Virus record (IMG/VR): IMGVR_UViG_3300044511_000013
Location: 8,438 to 72,437 of that record
Direction: 5' to 3' (one strand)
From: a virus
DNA: 64,000 nucleotides
The notes under the pieces were generated by a model. The model made no database searches. It was not told where the DNA came from and saw only the letters and a program-made list of their open reading frames with translations. The position numbers and the translations under genes were made by a program. Positions 1-10,533 of the stretch are shown here, piece after piece; position 1 is the first letter of the stretch, and each line of letters starts with the position of its first letter.

Positions 1-244
1 CGACCCGTGCGGTTGACACCGGTCCTGCCCACACGATGTCGGTGCCCCGGTCATCGGTGCGCTCCACCATGAAGACATGGCGGTTCGGTGCCGGGGACAT
101 CACCCGCTCCTCGTTGAGCGACATGGCTCCGCTGGCCTGGCCCTCGTCATTCATGCCCCGGCCGTAGGACACCCCGGCGAGCGGCAGCTCGTCAAGTGTG
201 TCGCCGGTCAGGATGTCCTGGACCAGGTAGCGGTAGGAGACCAT
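1..244 (-). CDS. Minor tail protein (tail hub/Tal-like), 5' part only, runs off the window
   Basis: Manual translation MVSYRYLVQDILTGDTLDELPLAGVSYGRGMNDEG...IVWAGP resembles actinophage minor tail N-termini; ATG at 244 follows the upstream stop. Confidence 0.65.
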   Translation of the reverse strand, partial: MVSYRYLVQDILTGDTLDELPLAGVSYGRGMNDEGQASGAMSLNEERVMSPAPNRHVFMVERTDDRGTDIVWAGPVSTARV

Positions 245-247
245 GGC

Positions 248-1303
248 TCAGGTCAGACCGAGGTAGACGCCTTGCATCCGAGCCGAGTTGTAGAACAGCG
301 ACGCACTGCTGTTCTGCCACACCGGCATCGAGATTCTCGGGAAGGATGCGCTGATCGAGACGATGACCGAGCCCGAGAGCGTGGTCTCGAAGTTGGCGAT
401 GCTGGCCACACGCTGGAGCACCCGGTCGGGGGTGCTGCCACCCCACGGCGTGCCGCTGGAGTCCAGTTCGATCCCGAGCGAGCGAGCCCCGGTGCTGTTC
501 GTGTCGAAGTCGACCGCCCCGGTGATGAGCCACAGCCCGTAGAGGTTCGATGGGACGGTGACGTACACACCTGACGCCCACATGTTGTCGGTGTCCCAGC
601 CCTCGGACCCCCAGTTGACCTGGGTCCAAATGGCGTTGGCCACCGTGGTCTGCACGCCACGGACGACCTCGAAGCTGGCCTGACGGCCCGCCGAGACGAG
701 TTGCCACGTCGTGCCGGTGTGGTAGTAGATGCGGTCGGTATCGGTCTCGTAGCGCAGGTCGGCCTCGGCCGGGCTCCCCGGCAGCGCCGACGAGGTTGTC
801 GAGGTGATCCCACCGGCCATCTGCCGTCGAGTACGACGCAGGTCCGTGATCGTCAAGGCTCCGGTGGAATAGCTCTGCGGCACAACCACCGTGGCCAGCG
901 GAATGGACAACGCAGGAGTGGCCGGGGTGCCGCCGCCGACCGATCCTTCGACTCGCACCATCTGCCACTCGTTGGTGGCCCCGCCTTGGTCGACATCGGC
1001 GATCTGGATGACGAACAGGTCAGTGCGTTGGCCCCCGGCGTCGCCCGTGATCGTGGTGGTGCGAGCTGATGCGTTGACCGCTGCGTAGCCACCCACCGCA
1101 TCGCTGCCCATGATGACGCAGCCCCCGGCAGCGATGCTGAGAGTCGATGATGTCGCTACTTGGGTGACCTTGAGCGAGGCTTCGTCGTCCACGAACCTGG
1201 TGTTGCCACACACCGCCCGGACCATCTGGCGCAGCGTGGCCGCCGTGTGTGAGTTGGCACCGAGGAACCACGCAGGTCCCGTCGTCACCGTGGTGTTGGG
1301 CAT
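248..1303 (-). CDS. Minor tail protein / tail fibre-like
   Basis: 351 aa; R.D.++ and P..P....PLA.V.V motif typical of actinophage minor tail proteins; YETDT linker; beta-rich C-terminus; tail tip position. Confidence 0.65.
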   Translation of the reverse strand: MPNTTVTTGPAWFLGANSHTAATLRQMVRAVCGNTRFVDDEASLKVTQVATSSTLSIAAGGCVIMGSDAVGGYAAVNASARTTTITGDAGGQRTDLFVIQIADVDQGGATNEWQMVRVEGSVGGGTPATPALSIPLATVVVPQSYSTGALTITDLRRTRRQMAGGITSTTSSALPGSPAEADLRYETDTDRIYYHTGTTWQLVSAGRQASFEVVRGVQTTVANAIWTQVNWGSEGWDTDNMWASGVYVTVPSNLYGLWLITGAVDFDTNSTGARSLGIELDSSGTPWGGSTPDRVLQRVASIANFETTLSGSVIVSISASFPRISMPVWQNSSASLFYNSARMQGVYLGLT

Positions 1304-1312
1304 GTCGTGCTC

Positions 1313-2224
1313 CTAGATGTAAGCGCTGCGGTAGGTCATGTACAGGCTGTTCGAGTCGGACGTGCCCGGCAGCCACAAGACGTTGGTCGTACCGGGAGGG
1401 AAGTCCCACCACTGGCTCGTGATCGTCAAGCGGCCGTAGGCCCCGTAGCGCCCATTGAACAGCACCTGCTTGGACTGCGAGCTGATGTAGAGGTAGCTGC
1501 CGGAAGGAACCTCCCCGGCGAACTCCAGGTACTGGCCCGTGCTCGTGTTGGCGATCTTCGGCGAGGACAGTGGGCCGGAAAGCAGCGCCCACCACGGCAT
1601 GTCAAAGTTGCCGTTGTTGGTCACTGCGAAGGTGGCGCTACTGCCCGAGCCACCGACCGGTGCTGATACCGGGGCCGGTCCCATCTGACCGGAGAAGGTG
1701 GGGGCACCACGCTGCACCACGGTCTGTGGGAGGGTGTAGGCGAGCGGGTCCGTGGCCACGAACTCGGCCGAGGCCATGACCACCTTGGCGGCAGCGGAGA
1801 GGTCTGCCTGGAAGCGCCGGGGCCTGCCGAAGTAGCAACGCTTGGTGCCGTCGGGCAGCATCCAGGCCAGGCACACCAACGAGGATGTTCTCGGCTTGAA
1901 CGCAGCGCTCAGCGTGTCGACCCGAGACTGGAAGTTGCTCAGGCTGGTGCGCATCGTGAAGCGCAGCCCGATCGAACGGGCAGCGAGGAAATCCGCACCG
2001 GGAACACTGCCGTGGTAGAAGGTCCGCTCGAAGTCGGCCGCCCGAGCCTGCCGGGAGCTGATGTCGGGAGGCAGCACTATGTAGTTGGTGCCGGGTCCGG
2101 TGAGCACACTCCCGATCTGCATTTGCCCCGACGTGGTGAGTAGGTCCCCGAGCCCGTCGTCGTTGCCGAACGTGCCCTCCGGTGTGGCCGTGATCGTCCC
2201 GAACGTGTTGCCGGTGAACGGCAT
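1313..2224 (-). CDS. Distal tail protein (Dit-like)
   Basis: Start reassigned to MPFTGNTF (ATG abuts upstream TGA); motifs GRPRRF, F.ATDP..Y, N.GN....P, WW.FPPG.T are typical of siphophage Dit. Confidence 0.7.
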   Translation of the reverse strand: MPFTGNTFGTITATPEGTFGNDDGLGDLLTTSGQMQIGSVLTGPGTNYIVLPPDISSRQARAADFERTFYHGSVPGADFLAARSIGLRFTMRTSLSNFQSRVDTLSAAFKPRTSSLVCLAWMLPDGTKRCYFGRPRRFQADLSAAAKVVMASAEFVATDPLAYTLPQTVVQRGAPTFSGQMGPAPVSAPVGGSGSSATFAVTNNGNFDMPWWALLSGPLSSPKIANTSTGQYLEFAGEVPSGSYLYISSQSKQVLFNGRYGAYGRLTITSQWWDFPPGTTNVLWLPGTSDSNSLYMTYRSAYI

Positions 2225-5200
2225 CAGGCACGCACCCAGGTCAGCCGTAGGTTCGTCATCGCCGTGCAGTCGAACAGGACGCCGCCACCGGCAGGCACCT
2301 TGAGCGACACGGTGGGCTTGATGTCGAGGGCGTTGAAGGTCGTGTTGACAGCGATCGGAGTGGTGTTGGTGTTGGTTGTCGAGGATGCTGCGATGAACCC
2401 GGAGGGAGTGGTCGTCTGCGTCGGGCAAGCCGCCTGGGGGATCACCGTCATGGTGTCCTCCAGGTCCTGTCTCGGGCTGATCTTCCCGCCCCGCACCTTG
2501 ATGCCGCCAGCGTTCCAGGTCACCGCTCCCACCGCCGACACGTAGCAGATGGCATCGGTGCCGTAGGGGTTGTAGGTGAGCTGGCCGTGGCGTGCGTACA
2601 TCTGCTGAAGGCCGGGCTCTTGGTTGGCCAAGGAAGCCAGGTCGTACTTGTGGTTGGCCAGCAAGTTGCCGTTCCTGGGGCCACACGAATCGCCCCAGCC
2701 AACCGACATGTCGTAGACCGTCTCGCCCGAACAGTCGAAGGCCAGCCCGAGGTCGCCCCATGAGCCTGCCGACACGGTGATGGCCTGACCCGAGGTGTGC
2801 GCCGTCGTCGTGCGGTCAACCGTGACACTGGTGCCGGACACGAACGTCTTGATGATGCCTCGGATTGAACCGGCGATGGTGAGCGAGCGGCCCACGTCGG
2901 CAGCGGTAAAGAAGTTGGCAGTGGCGGTTGTGACCGACACGTCGACGCCGTTCGACCCGGTGTTGTTCGTGGTGGCCCCGGACTTGGCAGAGCCACCCGA
3001 GCCGCTCTTGAAAAAGCTCGCACCCTTGCCGAACCAACCGCCACGCACCTTGATGAAGGTGCCGATCACGTGGCACGGGTCGTTGTTGGCCCCGCCATGG
3101 GCCTGTTCGGTCGTCACCGTGGTCCCCGAGGTGAAAGCCGAGATGCGCACGAGTGGACCCGTCCCGGCCTGCACGAACCGCCCGATGTCATCGGAAGTGA
3201 ACACGCTCGATGCGGCTATGAGCGTCGTACCGGTATTGCCAGCGCTGGCCAGTTGGAAGCTCGTGGTCACCTGCGAGTTGATGGCCACCTCGTAGCCGAC
3301 CGACGAACAGTTGTGCAGCTCGATCATCGGCAGGTCGCCGAGGTCACCACCGCCGACCCCTGGGCCGGAAGCTGCACCGCCCGAATGGAGGCACTGCCAC
3401 GCAAATGAGATGGACGAGGGTGACCCGAAGTCACCCGTAGTGCCGGTGAGCGCCGTGTACGTCCCGATCGTCGGCACACTGGACGCCACCCGCCATCCAG
3501 CGTGGCAGTCGGTGTAGCTGATGAGCCCGAAGTTGTGCTCGACGTTGAAGACCTTACGGGTCGAGTGGCCCCAGCAACCCACGTGGTAGATGCTGCTGGA
3601 CTGGTACGAGGTGAACACGGTGCCGTTCGACGCAGCACCGTTGTCGTGTGCCCGCATGTTCCAGCCACCGCAGTTGTTGTAGGTGACGAAGGTGCCGAAG
3701 TTGACCGAGTACCCGGCATTGGCAGCGCCGCCCGTCGGAGCGTTGTACGGCCCCGTGATGTAGCTCAGACAGTTCTCGTAGAAGACCCCGAGGCCGTGGT
3801 TGACCTCGAACTGGAACGCCTCGTAGTTCGGGTTGTCCCAGCACTCGTCGCCGATTGCCAGTGCGCTGGCCCCCGGCGTGCCCTTGTACGTCGCCGTCAG
3901 CGTGGTCGACCCACCACCCGAGGTGATGACGGCATGGCAGCGGACACCGCCTGCACGTACGAACGTGATGGTCTCGCCGTCGGCAGGCCCGGCAGCGGTC
4001 TGTGTCCATGTGATCGAACCGTTGGCTCCGGCCCCGGTGTTGGTCCCGACGTTGCTGATTGTGGTCGTCGTGCCTGGTTGGGCCGTCCCCGAGCCGTTCA
4101 TGCCGAAGCCATCGAAGACGTGCACGTCCTTGCAGATGACCCGCTCGGCCCGGTTGAACTCGACGCCCTTGAAGACCCCGACTTTGGCCCCCATATTCTG
4201 ACCGTTGCAGTTGTAGCGGACCCCGATCACGCCGCAGTCGGTTGTCGGAGTGCTGTTGGCACCGGCAGCATGGGTCGTCACGAAGCCGTGGCGGTTGTAC
4301 GAGTTGTTGGTGTAGGTGCCGGTGTTGCTGGTGCCGTCCAGGTTGTAGCCAGAGATCATGCGGTGCTCGGCGAAGGGGGCGTAGATGACCACACCGGACA
4401 TGATCACGTAGGCCCAGCGACCGTTGTTCCAGGTCCCGGATTCAACGATGGATTGGGAACCGCCGCCACCGCCTCGACCCGTGGTGAACATGTAGACCTG
4501 GTTGGGGTGGCCTGCGAGCACGAGCACTCTGGCCTGTGAGCCTTGGTTCGATGCGAGGGTGTTTGCAGCGGCGATTGCCTGCCGCATCGCATCGACATTC
4601 GCCGTGCCGTCGGTGCCGGTCCCTGCCACGAGCCCGTAGTCGTGGGCGTTGATGAAGCCGGTGTAGCCCCCGCCCGAGCCTGCCGGTGTGCCCCAAAAGC
4701 CGTCGCCCCGGTAGTAGGTCGTTGAGCTGGCGCTGCCGGGGTTGCTGGAGTTGAGCATGGCCGGGGTCACGGTGCTGGCCGGGATGACCGATGCGTTGCT
4801 GCCCGCTGCGATCGTGACGTTGCCGGTGATGGCTGCCCGGCGCAGGTTCCCGCCGCTGAACTCCAGGCTGGCATCGAGGGGGATGGCAGCGGGAGCCGCT
4901 GTGCTTCCCGTGGCGTTGCCAAGCAGGTTGTTGGCCGCCATCGTGGCCATCTTCCCGACGGTGACACCGTTGTTGGCCAGCGCAGTGGTACCCACAGCGC
5001 CCCCGGCGAGCTTGGCAGAGGTGATAGCCCCGTCGGCGATGTCCGCCGTGGCAATCGAGAGGTCAACGATGTGGGACGAGTTGACGCTGTTGGCGCTGAG
5101 CCCGCCTTGGACCCCGACGAGCACCCACACGATGGCCGTCGTGCCGAAGGTGATCGTGGCGTTCGTGTTCTGTTGCCAGGTGCCGTTGGCGTTCGCCGTC

Positions 5201-5664
5201 CCCGCCGTGACGAAGACACTCGACTTGTAGACAAGCTCGGTGTTCTGGTCGGCGTCCGTGGCCCGTGTCAGGACGAAGGGCGCTCCGGCGCTTCCTGTGG
5301 CCGTGACGGTGTAGACGCCGTTGTGGGCCTGGGTCGCCTGGTCCTTGACGAGGATGCGGTCACTCGTGGCCACTGCCACGCCGTCGACGGTGAGCGCAGC
5401 GTTGGCCGTGGCAGTGAGCGTGGCCCCGACGCCCGCTGATCCGTTGGCGTAGTTGCACGACGGCAGTGCCGCTGCCGTGGCGAGGCGCACCGCCGCCAAG
5501 GGGAACGTGCCGCCCGAGCCACCCCCGCCGACGTTCTCGGTCAGCCACACCTTGAGCTGATTGAGGAAGGAGTTGGCGTTGTTGTGCGCCCCGGCATGGA
5601 TCGTCTGCTTGAGCGTCTCGTCGGTGTAGCTGGTCGGCAGGTCGGCAGGCAGTGAGGTCGGCAT
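2224..5664 (-). CDS. Large tail fibre / tailspike-like receptor-binding protein
   Basis: 1146 aa, G/T/A/S-rich; N-terminal VRLAT..DRILVKDQ..NGVY..TRATDAD module; IADGAITSAKLA repeats; INAHDYG..GDG pectate-lyase/beta-helix-like entry motif. Confidence 0.65.
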   Translation of the reverse strand: MPTSLPADLPTSYTDETLKQTIHAGAHNNANSFLNQLKVWLTENVGGGGSGGTFPLAAVRLATAAALPSCNYANGSAGVGATLTATANAALTVDGVAVATSDRILVKDQATQAHNGVYTVTATGSAGAPFVLTRATDADQNTELVYKSSVFVTAGTANANGTWQQNTNATITFGTTAIVWVLVGVQGGLSANSVNSSHIVDLSIATADIADGAITSAKLAGGAVGTTALANNGVTVGKMATMAANNLLGNATGSTAAPAAIPLDASLEFSGGNLRRAAITGNVTIAAGSNASVIPASTVTPAMLNSSNPGSASSTTYYRGDGFWGTPAGSGGGYTGFINAHDYGLVAGTGTDGTANVDAMRQAIAAANTLASNQGSQARVLVLAGHPNQVYMFTTGRGGGGGSQSIVESGTWNNGRWAYVIMSGVVIYAPFAEHRMISGYNLDGTSNTGTYTNNSYNRHGFVTTHAAGANSTPTTDCGVIGVRYNCNGQNMGAKVGVFKGVEFNRAERVICKDVHVFDGFGMNGSGTAQPGTTTTISNVGTNTGAGANGSITWTQTAAGPADGETITFVRAGGVRCHAVITSGGGSTTLTATYKGTPGASALAIGDECWDNPNYEAFQFEVNHGLGVFYENCLSYITGPYNAPTGGAANAGYSVNFGTFVTYNNCGGWNMRAHDNGAASNGTVFTSYQSSSIYHVGCWGHSTRKVFNVEHNFGLISYTDCHAGWRVASSVPTIGTYTALTGTTGDFGSPSSISFAWQCLHSGGAASGPGVGGGDLGDLPMIELHNCSSVGYEVAINSQVTTSFQLASAGNTGTTLIAASSVFTSDDIGRFVQAGTGPLVRISAFTSGTTVTTEQAHGGANNDPCHVIGTFIKVRGGWFGKGASFFKSGSGGSAKSGATTNNTGSNGVDVSVTTATANFFTAADVGRSLTIAGSIRGIIKTFVSGTSVTVDRTTTAHTSGQAITVSAGSWGDLGLAFDCSGETVYDMSVGWGDSCGPRNGNLLANHKYDLASLANQEPGLQQMYARHGQLTYNPYGTDAICYVSAVGAVTWNAGGIKVRGGKISPRQDLEDTMTVIPQAACPTQTTTPSGFIAASSTTNTNTTPIAVNTTFNALDIKPTVSLKVPAGGGVLFDCTAMTNLRLTWVRA

Positions 5665-5667
5665 CGG

Positions 5668-8600
5668 TCATCCTTGTGAGTGCATGATCCAGCCAAGCTC
5701 ATCGAGCAGCTTGTTGAGGGTGGCTGTGTCGAGGAACCCGGCGATCTGGATGTTGTTGTTCTGGACCTTCCCGAGCATGGCCCGCTTGTCCCCGCCCCGC
5801 TTCGTGGCGTCGTACAGCGCCGGGTCCTCGTAGCGTTCGGGCTTCCACACGTCGGGCCGCATGGACGAGACCGACTCCGTGAACGCCTGCGAGCGGTTGC
5901 TGATCCGCTGCATCTGCTGGTTGACATCGGCGATCAGGTTGCGCTTCAGGATACGGCGGGCTGCACCGAGCGAGTCCGGCCCGGCCTCGATGAGCTGACG
6001 CAGCACGATCGGGGAGAGTCCCCGCTTGGCCAGCATCTCCAGCGTGTCGTACCACTCGTCGATGCGCTCGAAGCTGCGCCCGGAAGCCAGCCTGGTGACC
6101 CCGCCGCTGGTGACGTTGGCGAAGTCCCGGCCGCTCTGGCGGATCGTGTCGGCGAACTCCAGCGCAGCGTCCTTGATCTTGTCGAACTGTTCCCCGGTGA
6201 GGGTCCAGCCCTCGATCATCTGCGTCGTGCTCTCACCGACCGAGATGGTGAGTTGCCGGTGGATGTTGATGAGCGCACGGGCCTCAGCACGCTGTTCCTT
6301 CAGAGCGTCGGCCAGCTCCTGTTCGGCAGCGGTGAGCGCCTGGACGTGGCCCACCCGCTCCTGGAGAATCTTGAGCCGCTTCTCCTCGGCGTTGAGGTCC
6401 TTGTCGTCGTTGATGTCCTCCTTGACCCGTCGGTACTCCTCTTGCACGTCCTGGATTTGGCGTAGCGCTGCCCGAATCTCGGGGTCTTCCTTGCCGAGGC
6501 GGGCCATCGCACCCCAGTCGGTGCCCTTCGACTTGATGGCCTTGTTCAGGTCGGGGAGCTGTTCCTGGGCCTTCTTGAGTTCCCCGGCGAACGGCCGCTC
6601 CACCGCCTTCCACATCTCCTTGGCAGCGAAGGCAGCGTCTTCCATCGCCCGCTGCATGTCTCGGGTGGCCCGAGCCATCTGCTTGGCGATCTCGGCCGGG
6701 TCCATGTGGGTGGGTCCGCCACCACCGCCACCACCGCCTCCACCGCCGCCCCAGTTCGTATCGCCGGAGTCGAGACCCGGAGTGGCAGTCGGCAGGCCCT
6801 CGAACGGCGAGAGCATGTCGATGATCGGATTGAGCTGGTTGATCTGATCCTGCGCACCCTCGACACCACGGGCGGACATACCGCCCCCGCCAGCGTTGTT
6901 GATCGCATTCTGAAGCTCGCTACGGCGTGCAAGGAGCGCCTGGAGTGTCGGCCCGATCCCGGCGTCAACGATCATCCGGGCCACCCAGCCGTCGATGCTG
7001 TTCTTGACCGACCAGGTGTAGGCAGCCCCAGCGTCGACCCCGGTGGTGTCAGTCGTCAACTGGATGATGGCGTCAGCCTGGGCGATCGCAGCGATCTCGG
7101 TGAGCGACCCCTCGATGTCCTCCTTGTCCAACTCGACCGGGAGCCTGACCTTGCCCTTGTCGGAGTTGATGTACTTGTCCAGCGTGTCGACCATGAAGTC
7201 CTTGGTGTCGGCCGACTGAATGTCCAGTTCCCCGGTCTCCAGCTTCGGCATGGAGGAGTAGAGCTGGCCCACCACTTCCTGAAGGCCCTTCTTGCCGCCC
7301 GACTTCATCTCCTTCCTCATCGAGCTGATGAGGCTGTCCTCGATCTGCTTCGCCGTCCCGGAGAAGTCAGCGCCCTTGGCCCCCATCTCCATGAGCGTGG
7401 AGAGAGCCAGCCTGGCGTTGGCAGCGACAGGCCCTTCCTCGGGCAGGTCACGAAGCAGGCTGTTGAGGTTGCCGATGGCCTCCTCCCTGGCTGCGTTCCA
7501 CTCCTTGCTCCCGATCTCCAGCCCTTGCATCGCCGAGACGGACTCGAATGCCTTGTTGGCCCGAGGCGACTGGCCATCTTGGGTCTCGACGCTGACCGTC
7601 CCGGCCAGGTCCATCACGTTGCGGGTGTCGTCCTTGATCTCGGTCTGCAAGCGGTTCTGGCTCGCTGCCACCTTGGCCAGCTCGGCCGGTGATTGGGACA
7701 GGAAGGCGTCCTGGCTGTTCTGCATCATCGTGATGAACAGACGGCGTTGCTGCGTGATCGTGGCCTGCGAGATGGCGTCGTACTGCTTGTTGATGTCCTC
7801 GATCCACTTGCCTTGGAAGTCGGGGGCCTGGAGCAACTCGTGGAGCTGCTTGCCGACGGCCTCGGGACCGGCCTTGAGCAAGTCCTGGATCGCAGCGGGG
7901 TCCAGCCCCTTGGCAGCAAGCTGGTTGATGTCGTTGAAGAAGTCCCGGACCTTGCGACCTTGGTTGGTGATGTCCTCCACCATGTCGGCCGCCGTGATCT
8001 TGCGCTTCTCCTCCTCGGCGATCTTGCCGACCCGCTGGAGCGAGCCGCTCATCGACGTGAGCTGATCCGACCACGAGTTGACGGCATCGGCCGTCTCCCG
8101 CATGGCCTCGTTGACCCGTTCGAGCTGTATGGAGGTCAGGTCGGCGTACTGAACCTCGGAGGCACCGTGCTGGCCGAGCAACGAGTCCATCTCGGAGAAC
8201 AGTGCCTCCCGGTTGCGCACCTCGGACTGCCAGGCCCGGCTGGACTCCTCCAACGCCGCCTTCACGTCATTGACGTAGCTGGAGGTGAACTCCTTGGCTG
8301 CATTCTGAGCCACCTTGAGCCGGTCCTTGCCGTACTCGACATCGCCCATCAAGGTCTTCTCGAAGTCCTCGCCGACGCCGCCGCCACCACCGAGGTGCGG
8401 CGGGCTGATCTGAGTGCGGATGTCCTCCTGGGACCAACCGGTGTCCTTCGAGAAGGCAGCGATGCGCTCCTGAAGCTCCGTCTGCGCCGTCTCGTCAATG
8501 TCCTGGCCGTACAGCCCTTGGCGCATGTCCCGGTCGAGCTGGCGCATCGCCCGGAACTCGGTGAGCCGGGCTTGGTACCCTTCGAGCTGGTGCCGACGGC

Positions 8601-10533
8601 CCCGAATCTGTGATTGGGCCTGCTTCTGTGCCTTGCTGATCCCCTCCTCCCCGCCTTGCTCCCGGATCGACTGGAGCCGCCCCACCTCCTCGGAGACGGC
8701 CTCACGCTCCTTCTGTTGCTCCTTGGCCTTGCCCCAGGCCCACAGACCGGTACCGACCGCAGCCACGCCGACGACCGCTGTGGCGATCGGGTGTGCCTTC
8801 GCCAGGCCCATGAGGCCCCCGGAAGCAAGGCCGCCTACGCCGCTAGCGGCCTTGCCGCCAGAGAACGCAGCCTCGTACGCAGCCGCACCCGTTGCCATCG
8901 CCTTCGACGCCGCACCCGCCTTGAGGAAGGAGCTGGCCATGCCGAGGACGCCCGTGGTGACGTTGGCGACCCACCCCAGCAACGGCGACATGGTGATCGC
9001 CTTGATGATGAGGCTCAGCCCGGACATCTTCAGCGCCAGCCCGCCTCCGATGGCATAGGCGAGCACATCGGTGAGCGGACCCAGCTTGGTGAGCATGTCG
9101 ATGAGCGGGGTCACGACTTCCAGCAAGGCAGTGATGGCAGTGGCGAGCGTCATCATCACCTGGACCATCGCCTCGAACACGGTCGGCGAGACTCGGGCGA
9201 CAAGCTCACCCCATGCCTTCAGGTAGGTCTGAATCGAGTCAGCCAGCGCCGCCATGACGGTGCCGAACTTGCCCCCGGCCTTGGCGAAGGTGTCCTGGAG
9301 GGTCTTCGCCAGGCTCGCAGCGATCGGCTGAAGCCCCTTGAGGAAGTCGGCGAGCCGAGTAAGCCCGCTACTCACCACGCCAGCGCCGGTCTTGGCCATG
9401 GCCTTGCCGACCTCCAGGAACGGCTTGACCAGATCGAGCGCAGCACGGGTCACTTCGGTGATCCCGGCCCCGATGCGCTTGAAGACCTCCTCATTCTCGG
9501 GGCTCTCCAGCGCCTTGATCATGCCGGTGATCCCGCCAGTGCCGCCTTCCTGCCAGTCGAAGCCCTTGCGCATGGTGAAGACCAGCTCCCGGAAGGCCCC
9601 TTGGAACGGACCCCCGGCCAGGTGCATCAGGTTCTCCATGTCGGTCTTCATCGACCGCATGGCCTTCTCGGGCGATGTCATCGCCTCCTCGTAGGCACCC
9701 CGGAGCTTCTCGCCCTCCTCCAGCACCCCGTTGAGCGCTGCGAGGGTCTTCTCCTCCTCGGTCAGCGACCGCACGCTCTTGCCCGCAGCCTGAGCGAACT
9801 TGTTGTAGCTCTCCTCCATGCCGACGTTGAGGCCCGCTGTGCGCAGCATCTCGGTCTGCCGGGTCGTAATGGCCCACGTGATCTGGTCGAGCGTCTGAGA
9901 GCTGTTCTGGCCCCCGATGACGGCCACGTCCTGGGCGACACGGGCGAGCTTGGCGGCCTGTTCGGTGGGCAGCCGGTTCTGGAGGAACTTCGCCATCGTC
10001 TGTTGGGCGACACCGGTCTCGATGTTGAGCTTGCGGATGCCCTCGACTTGCTCCTGGATGCGGTCGAAGCCGATCCCGGCGTTGCGACCGAGCACCTGGA
10101 GCACGATGTTCATTTCCTCGGCCCGACCGGCGACGTGGATCATCTCCCGGCCGAACTCGTGCGCCTTGGCGGTCGCCCGCATGAACATCTCGGCGAGAAG
10201 GTTGCCCCCGGCGAAGTTCAGGATCATGCGGAGGTTGCCACCGGCCTCCTTGGCGGCAGCACCGAGCTGGGTCATCGAGTCACGGGAACGGTGGAGGTAG
10301 TTGAACAGGCCACCGCCCCCGAAGGCACCCCCGGCGAGGCCACGTCCTCCTCCACCGCTCCCGCCACCCCCGAAGGCCATGCCCATGGCCTGGCCTGCGG
10401 CCTTGGCGTCCCGCTCCATCGACTTGAGCGCCGACGCAACGTGCTGTGCTGATTGGACGGCCTGAGAGGCCCCAGCACGGGCCTGGGAAGCGTCGAAGCG
10501 GATGCGGGCGACAACCTCGCCGACGGTGCTCAC
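5668..10533 (-). CDS. Tape measure protein
   Basis: 1621 aa, helical and Ala-rich with a hydrophobic central segment; directly follows the frameshifted tail chaperone. Confidence 0.9.
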   Translation of the reverse strand: MSTVGEVVARIRFDASQARAGASQAVQSAQHVASALKSMERDAKAAGQAMGMAFGGGGSGGGGRGLAGGAFGGGGLFNYLHRSRDSMTQLGAAAKEAGGNLRMILNFAGGNLLAEMFMRATAKAHEFGREMIHVAGRAEEMNIVLQVLGRNAGIGFDRIQEQVEGIRKLNIETGVAQQTMAKFLQNRLPTEQAAKLARVAQDVAVIGGQNSSQTLDQITWAITTRQTEMLRTAGLNVGMEESYNKFAQAAGKSVRSLTEEEKTLAALNGVLEEGEKLRGAYEEAMTSPEKAMRSMKTDMENLMHLAGGPFQGAFRELVFTMRKGFDWQEGGTGGITGMIKALESPENEEVFKRIGAGITEVTRAALDLVKPFLEVGKAMAKTGAGVVSSGLTRLADFLKGLQPIAASLAKTLQDTFAKAGGKFGTVMAALADSIQTYLKAWGELVARVSPTVFEAMVQVMMTLATAITALLEVVTPLIDMLTKLGPLTDVLAYAIGGGLALKMSGLSLIIKAITMSPLLGWVANVTTGVLGMASSFLKAGAASKAMATGAAAYEAAFSGGKAASGVGGLASGGLMGLAKAHPIATAVVGVAAVGTGLWAWGKAKEQQKEREAVSEEVGRLQSIREQGGEEGISKAQKQAQSQIRGRRHQLEGYQARLTEFRAMRQLDRDMRQGLYGQDIDETAQTELQERIAAFSKDTGWSQEDIRTQISPPHLGGGGGVGEDFEKTLMGDVEYGKDRLKVAQNAAKEFTSSYVNDVKAALEESSRAWQSEVRNREALFSEMDSLLGQHGASEVQYADLTSIQLERVNEAMRETADAVNSWSDQLTSMSGSLQRVGKIAEEEKRKITAADMVEDITNQGRKVRDFFNDINQLAAKGLDPAAIQDLLKAGPEAVGKQLHELLQAPDFQGKWIEDINKQYDAISQATITQQRRLFITMMQNSQDAFLSQSPAELAKVAASQNRLQTEIKDDTRNVMDLAGTVSVETQDGQSPRANKAFESVSAMQGLEIGSKEWNAAREEAIGNLNSLLRDLPEEGPVAANARLALSTLMEMGAKGADFSGTAKQIEDSLISSMRKEMKSGGKKGLQEVVGQLYSSMPKLETGELDIQSADTKDFMVDTLDKYINSDKGKVRLPVELDKEDIEGSLTEIAAIAQADAIIQLTTDTTGVDAGAAYTWSVKNSIDGWVARMIVDAGIGPTLQALLARRSELQNAINNAGGGGMSARGVEGAQDQINQLNPIIDMLSPFEGLPTATPGLDSGDTNWGGGGGGGGGGGGPTHMDPAEIAKQMARATRDMQRAMEDAAFAAKEMWKAVERPFAGELKKAQEQLPDLNKAIKSKGTDWGAMARLGKEDPEIRAALRQIQDVQEEYRRVKEDINDDKDLNAEEKRLKILQERVGHVQALTAAEQELADALKEQRAEARALINIHRQLTISVGESTTQMIEGWTLTGEQFDKIKDAALEFADTIRQSGRDFANVTSGGVTRLASGRSFERIDEWYDTLEMLAKRGLSPIVLRQLIEAGPDSLGAARRILKRNLIADVNQQMQRISNRSQAFTESVSSMRPDVWKPERYEDPALYDATKRGGDKRAMLGKVQNNNIQIAGFLDTATLNKLLDELGWIMHSQG

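Noticed and set aside
8614-10452. Long plus-strand ORFs (also 16160-17737, 31499-32953, 54791-56389, 33289-34521)
   Set aside because: Antisense shadows of high-GC3 minus-strand genes with no recognisable motifs
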